The position numbers and the translations under genes are program-made. 64,000 bases of DNA. Origin: Actinomycetes bacterium. Lineage in GTDB: Bacteria > Actinomycetota > Acidimicrobiia > Acidimicrobiales > Bog-793. Location: contig JAKCCH010000001.1 of NCBI GenBank assembly GCA_021838945.1, positions 7,974-71,973 of the forward strand, given 5' to 3'. Shown here in pieces: positions 10,183 to 21,100 of this stretch (position 1 is the stretch's first letter; the number at the start of each line of letters is the position of its first letter). A model generated the notes under the pieces. It worked only from the letters and a program-made list of their open reading frames with translations, made no database searches and had not been told where the DNA came from.

Positions 10183-12345
10183 TTGCCGCCTGTCCTCGAC
10201 ATCGACCACCTGTCCACCCACATCCAGCTTCGCAAGTCCGTCGTACAAGCCGTCGGCGACATCAGCCTCACGATCGAGCCTGGCGAGACGCTCGGCCTCG
10301 TCGGTGAGTCCGGCTGCGGCAAGTCGATGACAGGCCTCTCGATCATGCGGCTGCTCCCGAACGGTGGCCACATCGTGGAGGGCTCCATCACGGTCGACGG
10401 CGTCGATGTCGTGAAGCTCTCGGAGCGGGAGATGCGCGACGTCCGGGGCAACGACGTGGCGATGATCTTCCAGGACTCGCTCACGTCGCTCAACCCGACG
10501 ATGACGATCGGCAAGCAGATCGCGGAGCAGGTCCGGCGGCACCGCAGCGTGACGAGGAAGGTCGCCACCGAACGCGCCGCCGAGGTGCTCGGCATCGTCG
10601 GCTTCCCGCGCCCGCGCGAGCGCCTCGCGAACTACCCGCATCAGCTCTCGGGCGGTCAGCGCCAGCGCGTGATGATCGCCATCGCCCTCAGCTGCGACCC
10701 GAAGCTGCTCATCGCCGACGAGCCGACCACGGCGCTCGACGTCACCATCCAGGCGCAGATCCTCGGCCTGCTCGACGACCTGAAGGAGCGCCTCGGGATG
10801 GCAGTGCTCCTCGTCACCCACGACATGGGCGTCGTGGCTGGTCGCGCCGACCGCGTCAACGTCATGTACGCCGGCCGCATGGTCGAGACCGCTCCGACGA
10901 AGGAGCTCTTCGCACGCATGCACCATCCCTACACGCAGGCTCTGCTCGGATCGATACCGCTCCTCACCCAGGAGCGCCACGAGCGACTCTTCAGCATCCC
11001 CGGCATCCCACCGGACCTGACGGAGCCGCCGAAGGGATGCCGTTTCGCGCCGCGTTGCACGCGGGCGACCGACCAGTGCCGCGAGGTGGAGCCGGCCCTC
11101 GAGCCGGCCAGCACCGATCATTGGTTCAGCTGCTGGCATCCCGTCGACGGCCCGATCGCCCGGGTGGTCGTGGCGAGCCCCACGGCCGCAGACGCGAACG
11201 GTTCCGGCACCGGGGTGACCGCAACGAGCGTTGGCGGCGGCGCGGCCCCCGCTCCGCTCGCGCCTGCCGCCATCGTGCCCGAGCGCCAGTGGGAGGCTGG
11301 TGCCGACGACGCCAACCTCCTCATGATCGACCAGGTCGTCCGGGAGTACCCGGTGACTGCAGGGATCCTCCAGCGCCGGGTCGCATCCGTGAAGGCGGTT
11401 AGCGACGTGAGCTTCACCGTCGGTCGGGCCGAGACGTTCGGGTTGGTGGGCGAATCAGGTTGCGGCAAGACGACGCTCGGCAAGGTCATCGTCGGTCTCG
11501 AGAAGGCCGACTCAGGCAACGTCACGCTGCGCGGGACCGACATCACCAAGCTCGGCGAACGTGAGCTTCGACGATTCCGCCGCGACCTGCAGATGATGTT
11601 CCAGGACCCGATCGCCTCACTCGATCCGCGGATGCGGGTCGGTGCCGTGCTGCGCGAGCCGATGCAGGTGCAGGGCATCGGCACGCACAAACAGCAGGAG
11701 GAAGTGATCGCCGAGCTGCTCAGCGAGGTCGGACTGCCCATGAACGCGGTCGAGCGCTTCCCGCACGAGTTCTCGGGAGGTCAGCGCCAGCGGATCGGAC
11801 TCGCCCGTGCGCTGACGCTCAACCCGCAGGTGATCGTGGCGGACGAGCCGGTGAGCGCGCTCGACGTCTCGATCCGATCACAGGTCCTCAACCTCATGAA
11901 GCGGCTCCAGCAGACCCACGGCCTCACCTATGTCGTGATCTCCCACGACCTCGCCGTCGTGAAGTACCTGTCCGACCGGATCGGGGTCATGTACCTGGGC
12001 AAGCTCGTCGAGATGGGCTCCGGCGACGACATCTACCACCATGCCGTGCACCACTACACGGCCGGACTGATCGCGACCGTGCCCGAGCCGGACCCGTCCC
12101 GGGAGAGGGCGAAGTCGGAGATCGGGATCCGGGGCGAGCTGCCGAGCCCGGTCGATCCGCCCTCGGGCTGTCGGTTCCGGACGAGGTGCCCCGCCGCTCA
12201 GGACGTGTGTGCCGAGGTAGAGCCGCCGTTGCGGCTGTTCCACCCCGGTCACTACGCCGCCTGCCACGTCCCGCTGCAAGAGCCCATGCCAGAGGACGGG
12301 AACGAGCCCGCTGTTTCGGCGGTGAGCGCGCCCTCGGGGCTGTAG
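10183..12345 (+). CDS. fused double ATPase of the peptide ABC transporter (DppD-DppF fusion)
   Basis: There are two Walker A motifs (GESGCGKS and GESGCGKT), two LSGGQRQR signatures and two oligopeptide C-terminal Cys-containing tails. An Ala/Gly/Pro-rich linker joins the halves at about 11140-11330. Confidence 0.9.
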   Translation: MPPVLDIDHLSTHIQLRKSVVQAVGDISLTIEPGETLGLVGESGCGKSMTGLSIMRLLPNGGHIVEGSITVDGVDVVKLSEREMRDVRGNDVAMIFQDSLTSLNPTMTIGKQIAEQVRRHRSVTRKVATERAAEVLGIVGFPRPRERLANYPHQLSGGQRQRVMIAIALSCDPKLLIADEPTTALDVTIQAQILGLLDDLKERLGMAVLLVTHDMGVVAGRADRVNVMYAGRMVETAPTKELFARMHHPYTQALLGSIPLLTQERHERLFSIPGIPPDLTEPPKGCRFAPRCTRATDQCREVEPALEPASTDHWFSCWHPVDGPIARVVVASPTAADANGSGTGVTATSVGGGAAPAPLAPAAIVPERQWEAGADDANLLMIDQVVREYPVTAGILQRRVASVKAVSDVSFTVGRAETFGLVGESGCGKTTLGKVIVGLEKADSGNVTLRGTDITKLGERELRRFRRDLQMMFQDPIASLDPRMRVGAVLREPMQVQGIGTHKQQEEVIAELLSEVGLPMNAVERFPHEFSGGQRQRIGLARALTLNPQVIVADEPVSALDVSIRSQVLNLMKRLQQTHGLTYVVISHDLAVVKYLSDRIGVMYLGKLVEMGSGDDIYHHAVHHYTAGLIATVPEPDPSRERAKSEIGIRGELPSPVDPPSGCRFRTRCPAAQDVCAEVEPPLRLFHPGHYAACHVPLQEPMPEDGNEPAVSAVSAPSGL

Positions 12346-12349
12346 AGAG

Positions 12350-14167
12350 TTACTGCCGTCCGGCGGCCGCCAGCAGGTCGGTGCTCTCGATCTGCCCGTA
12401 CCGGACAATCGGTTCGAACAGGTCGATGACAGTGCGGTCCGGGTCCGTGATGCCACGAACCGGTCTCGCCTCGAGCCGCCTCGAGCAGAAACGCCTCGCC
12501 ACTACCGCCTTCCGGGCATTGCCCTCGTTCTCGAGCTGCCATGCAGCCTCCTCGCACAGCAACGCTCCTTCGAGCGTGTCCGCCATGAGGTAGGAGAAGC
12601 GGCGCAACTGGAGGAGCGCCAGGTCCTCGGGAACGGATTGCAGGTACGCGACGGCCTCGACGAGCTCGTCCCTGCAGGCGCGGACCGTGCCGATCGGCGC
12701 CGCGAGCACGCCGTTGGCGGATGCGCTTGCCTCGAGCGCCCGGTCGATCCGGCGGAGCACCGCCTGCTCCGCACCGGACGACCGCATCGCACGGCGCACG
12801 TCGATAGCGCAGATGTTCTCGGTCCCCTCCCAGATCGTGTGGCACTGGGCGTCGCGCAGCTGCCGCGCGATCGGCCAGTCGTTCATGTAGCCGTTCCCGC
12901 CGAAGATCTCGAGTGCCTGGATGGTGTCCTCGAGACCGACGCGACAGGAGCGGATCTTGGACAGAGGGATGGCGATCCGTCGAAGGAGGGCACCTTCCTC
13001 GGGCGACTCGGAGCCACGCGTGGCTGCGGCGCACTCGAAGGAGAGGGTGAGCCCCGCCTCGAGGTCGACGAGGAGGTCGACGAGCGTCTCGCGAACGAGC
13101 GGGTAGGCATCGATCCGCTTCCCGAACTGCTCCCGATGGGCTGCGTAGATGACGGCGTCGAGCCATGACCGGCGATGGATCCCGAGGCTCATCAATGCCA
13201 CACCGAACCGGCTCCCGTTCACCATCTCCATCATCCGGTTGATGCCCTTGCCGTCACGGGCCGCATCGAGTGGCGGAGCCGTGCCGTCCGAAGGAGGCAC
13301 GCTCCCGGCGAGCCACGCCTTCGCCCCTTCGAGCGTGACCTCACCGGTCGGCACGCCGACGGTGCCGAGCTTGGGCTTGAGCCTCTTGATGCGAAAGCCG
13401 TTCGGGGAGCCGTCGTCGAGGTGGCGGGGCACGATGAACGTCGCCAGGCCACGGCTTCCCGGCGGGGCTCCGTCCGGCCTCGCCAGCACGATGAAGACGT
13501 CGGCATCGACGTTCGAGCAGAAGTGCTTGTCACCGAACAAGCGCCATTCGGATCCGTCCTGCATGGCGCGGGTCGTGTTGGCGCCGACGTCGCTCCCGCC
13601 CTGGCGCTCGGTGAGGAACATCCCGCCCTCCCAGGAGTCATCCGGGTCGAGGGAGGTGAGCTTGCGCACGAGATCGGCGCGGACGTCGTCCGGTGCGTAC
13701 CGCTCGACGATGTCGGCCGCGCCACTGGTCATGCCGAGGGCGCAGTAGACCGCCGTCTCCGCCTGCGACACGAGGTAGGAGACGGCGGCGGTGACCACCG
13801 CCGGAACGGGCCGGCCGGCGTGCGCCGGCATCCCGCCGGCAAAGCCTGCCCGGACGAGATCGGCCTTGTTCTCGAGCCACGTCTCGTGGTGCACGACCGT
13901 ACCGACGTCCTCGCCCCAGGCGTTGTAACGCTCGAGGACCGGGCCGTGCCTGTCCGTGACCTCGGCGCGGGGAGCGATGCGTGTGCCGACGAGGCTCCCG
14001 TACTCCGAGACGACCTTCTCTGCGAGGTCTCGGTCTTCGGGCTCGGGCAGGGTCTTGTCGAGCAGAAGGCGGAGGTTCGGGTCGAGGGAGTACCAGTCGA
14101 GGCCGATCGCCTGGTCGAATTCCGCGTAGTCGGGCAGCATCTCGTCCTCCTCTGACGAGAGGATCAT
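12350..14167 (-). CDS. acyl-CoA dehydrogenase family protein (AidB-like, long form)
   Basis: 605-aa ORF with ACAD middle and C-terminal domain-like sequence (GGSDVGANTT, IWEGTENI). Confidence 0.75.
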   Translation of the reverse strand: MILSSEEDEMLPDYAEFDQAIGLDWYSLDPNLRLLLDKTLPEPEDRDLAEKVVSEYGSLVGTRIAPRAEVTDRHGPVLERYNAWGEDVGTVVHHETWLENKADLVRAGFAGGMPAHAGRPVPAVVTAAVSYLVSQAETAVYCALGMTSGAADIVERYAPDDVRADLVRKLTSLDPDDSWEGGMFLTERQGGSDVGANTTRAMQDGSEWRLFGDKHFCSNVDADVFIVLARPDGAPPGSRGLATFIVPRHLDDGSPNGFRIKRLKPKLGTVGVPTGEVTLEGAKAWLAGSVPPSDGTAPPLDAARDGKGINRMMEMVNGSRFGVALMSLGIHRRSWLDAVIYAAHREQFGKRIDAYPLVRETLVDLLVDLEAGLTLSFECAAATRGSESPEEGALLRRIAIPLSKIRSCRVGLEDTIQALEIFGGNGYMNDWPIARQLRDAQCHTIWEGTENICAIDVRRAMRSSGAEQAVLRRIDRALEASASANGVLAAPIGTVRACRDELVEAVAYLQSVPEDLALLQLRRFSYLMADTLEGALLCEEAAWQLENEGNARKAVVARRFCSRRLEARPVRGITDPDRTVIDLFEPIVRYGQIESTDLLAAAGRQ

Positions 14168-14219
14168 CGCGCCGTCGCGGCTCCCGCACCGAATGCGGAC
14201 TTCGTGCTAATCACTGGGC

Positions 14220-14720
14220 ATGTTCGGAATCGACGGCCTCGATGCCACCTTCGACCACGTGGCGCATGCCACTCGCTCCATCGCGAGCTCGTTGCCGGTG
14301 TTCCGGGACCTGCTCGGCGGGCGTTTCGCCGGCGGCGGGGAGAACCCGATGACCGGGTTCCGCGCGATCCAGCTCATCTACGGTGGAGGCGGGAGGGTGG
14401 AGCTGATCGAGGAGCTGGAGGGCTCGGGCTTCTTGCGGAGCTTCTTTGCGAAGCACCCTGACGGCGGGCTCCATCACCTCACCTACAAGGTCCCCGACAT
14501 GCAGGTCGCGCTCGAGCGCGTGCGAGCGACAGGCATCGAGCCCTTCGGAGTCTTCCTCGGCCATCCGCACTGGCAGGAGATGTTCCTCCATCCGAAGGTC
14601 ACAGGCGGCACCCTGATCCAGCTCGCCTGCTCGGACTTCGAGTTCGACTACGACACGCTGCCGCCGGTGACGGTGGAGGAATTCCTCGCTGACTCCACAT
14701 CCTTCGGGACCTGGGGCTGA
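14220..14720 (+). CDS. VOC (glyoxalase/dioxygenase/epimerase) family protein
   Basis: 166 aa. It shows the FDHVAHA...HHLTYKV metal-ligand pattern typical of VOC and methylmalonyl-CoA-epimerase-like folds. Confidence 0.65.
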   Translation: MFGIDGLDATFDHVAHATRSIASSLPVFRDLLGGRFAGGGENPMTGFRAIQLIYGGGGRVELIEELEGSGFLRSFFAKHPDGGLHHLTYKVPDMQVALERVRATGIEPFGVFLGHPHWQEMFLHPKVTGGTLIQLACSDFEFDYDTLPPVTVEEFLADSTSFGTWG

Positions 14721-14786
14721 GCGATCGGCGTGCTCGTGACATGCTGGGCGGAGCGAGCATGTTGACCCTCGACGGAGGCACGAACG

Positions 14787-16127
14787 ATGGACGACACGAC
14801 GACACCTGAGCCGATGAGCGCCGACCAGATCGTCGACTGGTCACGCCGCTACACCCTGTTCGACTGGGCGGTGCAGAACCGGATCGCGCCAATCCCTGTC
14901 GCGAGAGCGGAGGGCGTTTACTTCTACGATCCTGACGGCAAGCGCTACCTGGACTTCAATTCCCAGCTCATGAGCGTCAACGTCGGCCACGGTGACCGGC
15001 GGATCGTGGACGCCATCGCCCGGCAGGCGGCGCAGGTCGCGTATGTCAACTCGGCCGTGATGGCTACAGAGGTACGGGCGCGCCTCGGGCACAAGCTGGC
15101 GGAGCTCTTCCCAGGGGACATCGAGAAGAGCTTCTTCACGCTCGGCGGGGCCGAGGCGAACGAGAACGCCATCCGCATCGCGAAGGCAGTGACCGGCCGT
15201 CACAAGGTCCTCGCCCGCTACCGCTCCTACCACGGCGCCACCGCCGGAGCGATCAGCCTCACCGGCGACCCCCGCCGATGGGCGAACGAGCCGGGCATCC
15301 CCGGCGTCGTACACGTCCTCGACTGGTACCACGGGACGATGCGGGATGAGGACTCCGCCGAGGTGGCACTCGCCGCGCTCGAGGAGACGATCGAGCTCGA
15401 GGGTCCCTCGACGATCGCCGCATACATCCTCGAGCCGGTCACCGGAACGAACGGGATCCTGATCCCCCCGGACGGATACCTGCAAGGGGTGCGTGAGCTG
15501 TGCGACCGCCACGGCATTTTCATGATCGCGGACGAGGTGATGAGCGGGTTCGGGCGCACGGGGCGCTGGTTCGCCGTCGAGCACTGGAGCGTCGTGCCCG
15601 ATCTCATCACGTGCGCAAAGGGGCTGACGTCGAGCTACCTGCCGCTCGGTGCGGTCGGGCTCCGGCCGGGAGTCGCCGCTTGGTTCGACGAGCACTCGTT
15701 CCAGGGCGGCCTCACCTACAACTCGCACCCAGTCGCGCTCGCCGCAGCTCTTGCAACGATCCAGGTCTACGAGGAGGACGGGCTCATCGAGCGGTCGGCA
15801 AAGCTCGGAGAAGTCATGCGCCGGCACCACGAGCGCCTCGCCGACCGGCACCCGTCGGTTCTGTCGCACCGGAACATCGGCCTCTTCGGCTGCCTCGAGC
15901 TCGTCCGCAACCGCTCCACCGGCGAGCCCATGGCCGGGTTCAACACGACGAGCCCGGAGATGGGTGCCTTGTCACGATTCCTGCTCGACAACGGAATGTT
16001 CGTGTTCGTGCACTGGAACCAGCTCATGACGAACCCGCCGCTCACGATCAGCGAGGAGGAGCTGGCGGAGGGTTTCGAGGTGATCGACCGAGCGCTCGAG
16101 ATCACCGACAAGGCGGTCGTCGGTTAG
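14787..16127 (+). CDS. class III (omega) aminotransferase
   Basis: 446 aa with DEVMSGFGRTGRWFA and TCAKGLTSSY (PLP-lysine region), both typical of class III PLP enzymes. Confidence 0.85.
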   Translation: MDDTTTPEPMSADQIVDWSRRYTLFDWAVQNRIAPIPVARAEGVYFYDPDGKRYLDFNSQLMSVNVGHGDRRIVDAIARQAAQVAYVNSAVMATEVRARLGHKLAELFPGDIEKSFFTLGGAEANENAIRIAKAVTGRHKVLARYRSYHGATAGAISLTGDPRRWANEPGIPGVVHVLDWYHGTMRDEDSAEVALAALEETIELEGPSTIAAYILEPVTGTNGILIPPDGYLQGVRELCDRHGIFMIADEVMSGFGRTGRWFAVEHWSVVPDLITCAKGLTSSYLPLGAVGLRPGVAAWFDEHSFQGGLTYNSHPVALAAALATIQVYEEDGLIERSAKLGEVMRRHHERLADRHPSVLSHRNIGLFGCLELVRNRSTGEPMAGFNTTSPEMGALSRFLLDNGMFVFVHWNQLMTNPPLTISEEELAEGFEVIDRALEITDKAVVG

Positions 16128-16157
16128 CACAGGCAGCGCCCCGATGCCGGCTACGGA

Positions 16158-16664
16158 CTAGACGGCGACCGCGTGGGTGCCGAGCCAGGCGCTGTTGAAG
16201 GCGAACTCCCCCTCGACGCTCCGGCGGACGTCCCCCTGGGCCGCCCAGGCAGCCACGCGGCTCCCGATGAGCGGGATCTTCACGTCGACGTGGACGGAGA
16301 CGTCATGCGTGGTCTCACGTCCATGAGGGTGGAGCGACATCGCACCGTAGATGTGCACAGGTGCGCCCTTCACCTCGACGTCGAACGTGCCGGCCCAAGA
16401 ACCGTCGGCCCCTCGCTCCCACTCGTCGGTCTGCAACATCGTGTTCGTCGGTCTCAGGACACGCTTGGCGAAGCTCGGCAATTCGACGTCCACCACCCTC
16501 GTCGAGATGATCCACAACCTGCCACGACGCCGCTCGAGGTCGAGGACCTCGACCTCGTGATGTCCCATGGACTCGTACTTAGCGACGGTGGCGTCGCGGT
16601 CCTCGAGCATGGCGATCACGGAACCGATCGGGGCGTTGTACGCGAACGACTCGTGGAGCTCCAT
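16158..16664 (-). CDS. SRPBCC-fold protein (DUF2505-like)
   Basis: 168-aa ORF beginning MELHESFAYNAPIGSVIAMLEDRDATVAKYESMG, which I recognise as DUF2505-type. Confidence 0.55.
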   Translation of the reverse strand: MELHESFAYNAPIGSVIAMLEDRDATVAKYESMGHHEVEVLDLERRRGRLWIISTRVVDVELPSFAKRVLRPTNTMLQTDEWERGADGSWAGTFDVEVKGAPVHIYGAMSLHPHGRETTHDVSVHVDVKIPLIGSRVAAWAAQGDVRRSVEGEFAFNSAWLGTHAVAV

Positions 16665-16777
16665 GTCGAACCTCCTTTCCCGGTCGCTCGATCAGACGAT
16701 CCGCTCTCTCTCGAGCATGGATCCGAGAAGAGGCCGGGGCTAGGGCCGAACGGCCTTGCTCCCTCGGCACCGGGCGC

Positions 16778-17392
16778 TCAACTCGGCAAGGGGTCCTTCA
16801 GCGCGACGCCGTTGTCGGAGACGTCGTCGGTCCAACGGGATCCGTCGTAGTAGCGGTACTGGTGCTTGCCGGAAGGATCGGGATACCAGTTCGGTTGCAC
16901 GGAGCCCGGCGCCTGCGGCGGCGGCGATGCGGGCGGAGGGGCTGAGCCCCACGGCGTCTGCTCCGGCTGCGCGGGGCCCGGCTGCTCGTAGCTGGGCTGG
17001 CCGTAGTTCCCCTGGCCGTAGTTCCCCTGGCCGTAGTTCCCCTGGCCGTAGTTCCCCTGGCCTTGGGTCGGCCCCTGATACGGCGGCGGCATGCCCGGAG
17101 GGGCACCCCCGGGGTAGCCGCCGTACTGGTTCCCGAATGCCCCCGACTGCTGGATGCGGCGCCGGGTACCCCTGCGGGCGAAGAACAGCAGGATGACACC
17201 GAGCAGGATCGAGATGAAGCAGACGACCCCCCAGAGGGCAGACGGCCAGCCCCACGGCGTGCGGCCCCACTGCCTCCTGAACTTCTCCGAGGACCGGTAG
17301 CCGAAGTAGGCGAAGAGCACCGCCAGGATGACGTCGACCACGAGTGCCGTTGTGTTCCCCGAGCCGGTCGATGTCGCTGCGAGCAGGTGCAT
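16778..17392 (-). CDS. membrane protein with Gly/Tyr/Gln-rich repeat and C-terminal DUF2510-like motif
   Basis: It has two TM segments, a (GNYGQ)x4 repeat and a C-terminal NWYPDPSGKHQYRYYDGSRWTD motif. Confidence 0.65.
   Translation of the reverse strand: MHLLAATSTGSGNTTALVVDVILAVLFAYFGYRSSEKFRRQWGRTPWGWPSALWGVVCFISILLGVILLFFARRGTRRRIQQSGAFGNQYGGYPGGAPPGMPPPYQGPTQGQGNYGQGNYGQGNYGQGNYGQPSYEQPGPAQPEQTPWGSAPPPASPPPQAPGSVQPNWYPDPSGKHQYRYYDGSRWTDDVSDNGVALKDPLPS
17001..17060. repeat. perfect 15-bp tandem repeat x4 (ccgtagttcccctgg)
   Basis: Four identical contiguous units occupy 17001-17015, 17016-17030, 17031-17045 and 17046-17060. They encode GNYGQ x4 on the minus strand. Confidence 0.95.
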
Positions 17393-17555
17393 CGACCCAA
17401 GGCTAGGCCGCCCATCAGACTGCTGTCAGCTACAGGCGCGCCGAGGCGGAGCGAGTCGCAGCTGCCTGGTAGCGGTCGCCACGGTCGTTTACGAAGGCCT
17501 TGCGCATCCTTCGCACGTGTAGACGTTCCAACCGGTGCTCACAGCTCTGACGGCC

Positions 17556-17948
17556 TCACGAAGCTCCGAGGTACTCGCTCATCACTTGATCGAGCACCGC
17601 CTGATCCTTGGCGAAGCGGCGCTGCCGCGTCGTCCGGCCGTTCGGCGCGTGGCGGTCGACGTGGCGGTCCACCGCGGCGAGCACCTCCTTCGCCACGACC
17701 TCGAGATCGTCCCGGTCGGCCTCCACGTGAACGGCGAACTGGCCGGGCGAGGAGCTCCACCCGCACACCTTGACCCGGTGGGAGATCTCGTCGCCCACGC
17801 GGGACTGCTCCTCTCTCGAGGGCGGCGGATCGAGCTCGGCGACGAAACGCACGGCAAAATCGTTCGACCTCTGCGGGTCCACGGTCATCCGGGTGATCAT
17901 GATCGGCCCTGACGATGCGGACGATCCTGGCATCGGCCTGTCAGTCAT
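17556..17948 (-). CDS. hypothetical protein
   Basis: 130-aa ORF in an otherwise empty interval. Its composition is not Arg/Pro-skewed, and I recognise no family. Confidence 0.4.
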   Translation of the reverse strand: MTDRPMPGSSASSGPIMITRMTVDPQRSNDFAVRFVAELDPPPSREEQSRVGDEISHRVKVCGWSSSPGQFAVHVEADRDDLEVVAKEVLAAVDRHVDRHAPNGRTTRQRRFAKDQAVLDQVMSEYLGAS

Positions 17949-18100
17949 AGCCTGAGCCTATGGTGCTTCATCCGGCTCGTGAACGCGAGGTAAGCAGCGC
18001 TTCCCCCTTGTTGCCCGAAAGCGCGTAACGCCGGGGCACGCCTGCGCCATCGACATGGTGACCCGCGAAGTGCTGTCGCGGCAGAGATGGGGGCAGGCAC

Positions 18101-21100
18101 ATGAAGCACCGGACGACCCGGCTGGCTGCGGGAGCGTTCGCAGCCTCGCTCGCATTCCTCGGGCTAGCGGCAATGCCGGCCGGGGCGACGACCAGTGCGG
18201 CGCCGCCGAGCGTGGCAGCCGCCGCTGTGTTCCCGATCGTGGCTGGCAGCACCGCGCCGCTCGGGGACATCTCGGTCACCGAGAGCCTTCCGGGCCAGCT
18301 GCAGCTCGGGAGCGTGCTGACGTTCCGATTCTCGGATTCCTCGAGCGCCGCCACGCTGCACTTCACTGCGCCTGGGACCGCCAGCGGTACGAATGGCCTG
18401 GCTGCGAGCGTGGCGCTCTCCAGCAGCAGCGGCTCGCTCGACGACGAGATGCTGGTGACGATCACCGGCTCCAGCGCGTCGAGCACCTTTCCGGGCGTTC
18501 TCACGCTGTCCGGCCTGACAGCTTCGGCCGACTCCGGAGCAGCCCTCGGCAGCGACATCGTGACGGTCTCCGGACCGGTGTTCACCTCGCCAGCGACAGT
18601 GAGTGACGCCAACGTGATCAGCAGCTCCGCGACGAAGGCGACCTACGCCGCCCAGAGCACGCCGACGATCCTGCCGACGGCGAACGTCCAGGATGCAGGC
18701 ATCGTGACGATCACCGAGCCCGTGAAGAGCTACTTCCACGCCGGAGACGTCATCACGCTCAACCTGAGGGACGCGACCGGCAGCGCCAACACGATCGGCC
18801 TCGCGGCCACGCCGTACGCCGCCGGAGGCTCGATGACCGTCGGCGTGACAGGTCTCAACGGCAGCAGCGTTCAGGTGAACGACACCGGCTTCGAGGTCGA
18901 CGTCATCGCCGGCGACCCCTCACAGGGCTCGGCCTCGTCGATCACGATCTCGAACATCGTCCTCGACACGGCCGAGGCGCCGCTCGGCCCCGTCACGCTC
19001 TCGGCCGCCGTCACCGCCGGGCCGGACGTCGGCACCGCCCTCATCGTGCCGGGCCGAGTCACGATCGCGAACGTCGGCGGCACCACCACCACGACCTCGG
19101 CCGGCGCCCCGACCCTCGCCGCCGGCGAGACCGGCCAGACCGCAGGCAACATCAGCATGGCCGTCACCGCCGGGTCGCTCGTCCACAACGACACCATCAC
19201 GTTCTCGCTCTCGACACCCGGGGTGACCTTCAATGCCACGACCCTGCCCGTCGCGACCGTGACGACGGGAGACCTCGTGCTCGACAACGCCACCGCCAGC
19301 CTCGGCACGGGTGACACGAGCGTCAGCTGGACGGTGGCGACCGGCAACCTGGCGGCCTCGACCATCGTCGTGGGACCGATCCTCTACGACGTCGCCAGCT
19401 CGGCCGTCGCGGGCGCCCCGGTCGAGGTAGCCGTGGCCGGCGAGGCCGGTAGCGCCGTCACTGCCGCTCAGGTCACCAATGCCGTGATCGCGAGCACCAC
19501 TGCGCCGGGATCCTTCGCAGCGCCGGTCACGATCCCGTCCACGGGCACGCCGCCGTTCGACGGCGCGAGCATCACCTACACCGAGACCTCCGCCGGGTCC
19601 ACCCCGGTCGGCGCCTCACTCGTCCTCGTCAGCCCGTACGCAAGCCAGATCGCGGCCTACAGGACCACGTTCGCAGAGGTGCCCACGGTGACCACCACGG
19701 GTGGCCTCACGCTCGGCCCCGCAACCGTCAACAGCTCGACGATCCTCGTGCCGACGCCGTCCGGCACGATCACCGCACCACCGCAGACCGTCGCGAGCTT
19801 CCCGGTGACGGCGGCCAGCTCCGGGTCCGCAGGCACAGCCATGATCTCGGGCCTCTCGTTCACTCTCGGCAGTTTCGTGCCTCCCGGTGCATTCATCGTC
19901 ACCGGCGTTGTCGAAGCCTCCGGCGGTGCCAGCGCGCTTGCCTCGAACCAGACCGTCGACCTCGTGAACACCCGCGGCCTCGGGACCTCCTCGGCGACGA
20001 CGCCCCCGGTCGTGACCCTGACCGAGACCCCGCCCTCGATCTCCGGTTCGAGCGCGGCAACCTTCGCGTACATCTCCGACGAGCCCGGGTCAACCTTCTC
20101 CTGCGCCCTCGACACGGTCATCGTGAGCCTCGACTGCCCTGCGTCGATCACGTTGCCGAGCCTCACCGACGGGACGCACACCTTTGCCGTGCAGGCGTTC
20201 AACCAGGCCGGCATCGGGTCTGCGGTCGTGAGCTACACCTGGACCGTGGACACCCTGCCGCCGACGGCATCCCTGGGCGCGCTCGCAAGCCTCACGAGCC
20301 CGGTCGTCGTCGCGTTCTCCAAGCCGGTGGACCATGTCAGCTCCTCGACCGTGCTCCTCGACGTCGTCCCGCCTTCTGGCGCACCTGTGGCGGTGTCGGC
20401 GAGGATGTCCTGCACGCCGGCATCCGGCACGGCCGGGCCATGCCAGGCGACCGACTTCTACACCTCGGTGTCGCTCCAGCCGACCAGCGCGCTCATATCC
20501 GGCCAGCACTACGAGGTCATGCTCGACCCGAGTGGCGCCACGCCCGAGATCGCCGACCAGGCCGGCAACGTGCTCGCCTCGGCGACCCTGGCGTTCCGGG
20601 GAACGCTGCAGGTGTTGCCCGGCGCGCCCGGCACCACCGCGAAGTGGTCCGTGGTGAAGGCTGCGGCTGCCATCGACGGGTCGTACGCGGAGGACGACGT
20701 GGCGGGAGCGGCGATGAGCTACTCGTTCACAGGCACGTCCGTGACGTGGCGGACCGTCGAGGGTCCGAACCAGGGCAAGGCCGCGGTCTACATCGACGGC
20801 GCGCTCAAGCGGACCGTCAACTCCTACTCTTCGTCCTTCAAGTACAAGGTGGCGCAGACGTTCACCGGCCTTGCGAAAGGGCCGCACACGATCCGCGTGG
20901 TCGTCCTCGGCGAGAAGGGTGCCAAGGCGGCAACGGGCGACCAGGTGTCGGTGGACGCCTTCGCAGTCGGCACGAAGGTGACGGACCAGTCGAACGCGAG
21001 CGTCATCCAGCTGTGGTCGCTGCACAAGGGCTCGCCGGCGACGTACGTGCTGGACAAGGAGGCGGGTGCCACGTACTCGTTCCACTTCCGGGGCACTGCG

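Noticed and set aside
17001-17060. A tandem repeat considered as a possible CRISPR array or minisatellite; the repetitive giant-protein gene was also checked.
   Set aside because: The 15-bp units are contiguous with no spacers and lie in frame inside a CDS. The giant-gene repeats are diverged protein modules. No repeat-spacer architecture exists anywhere in the window.
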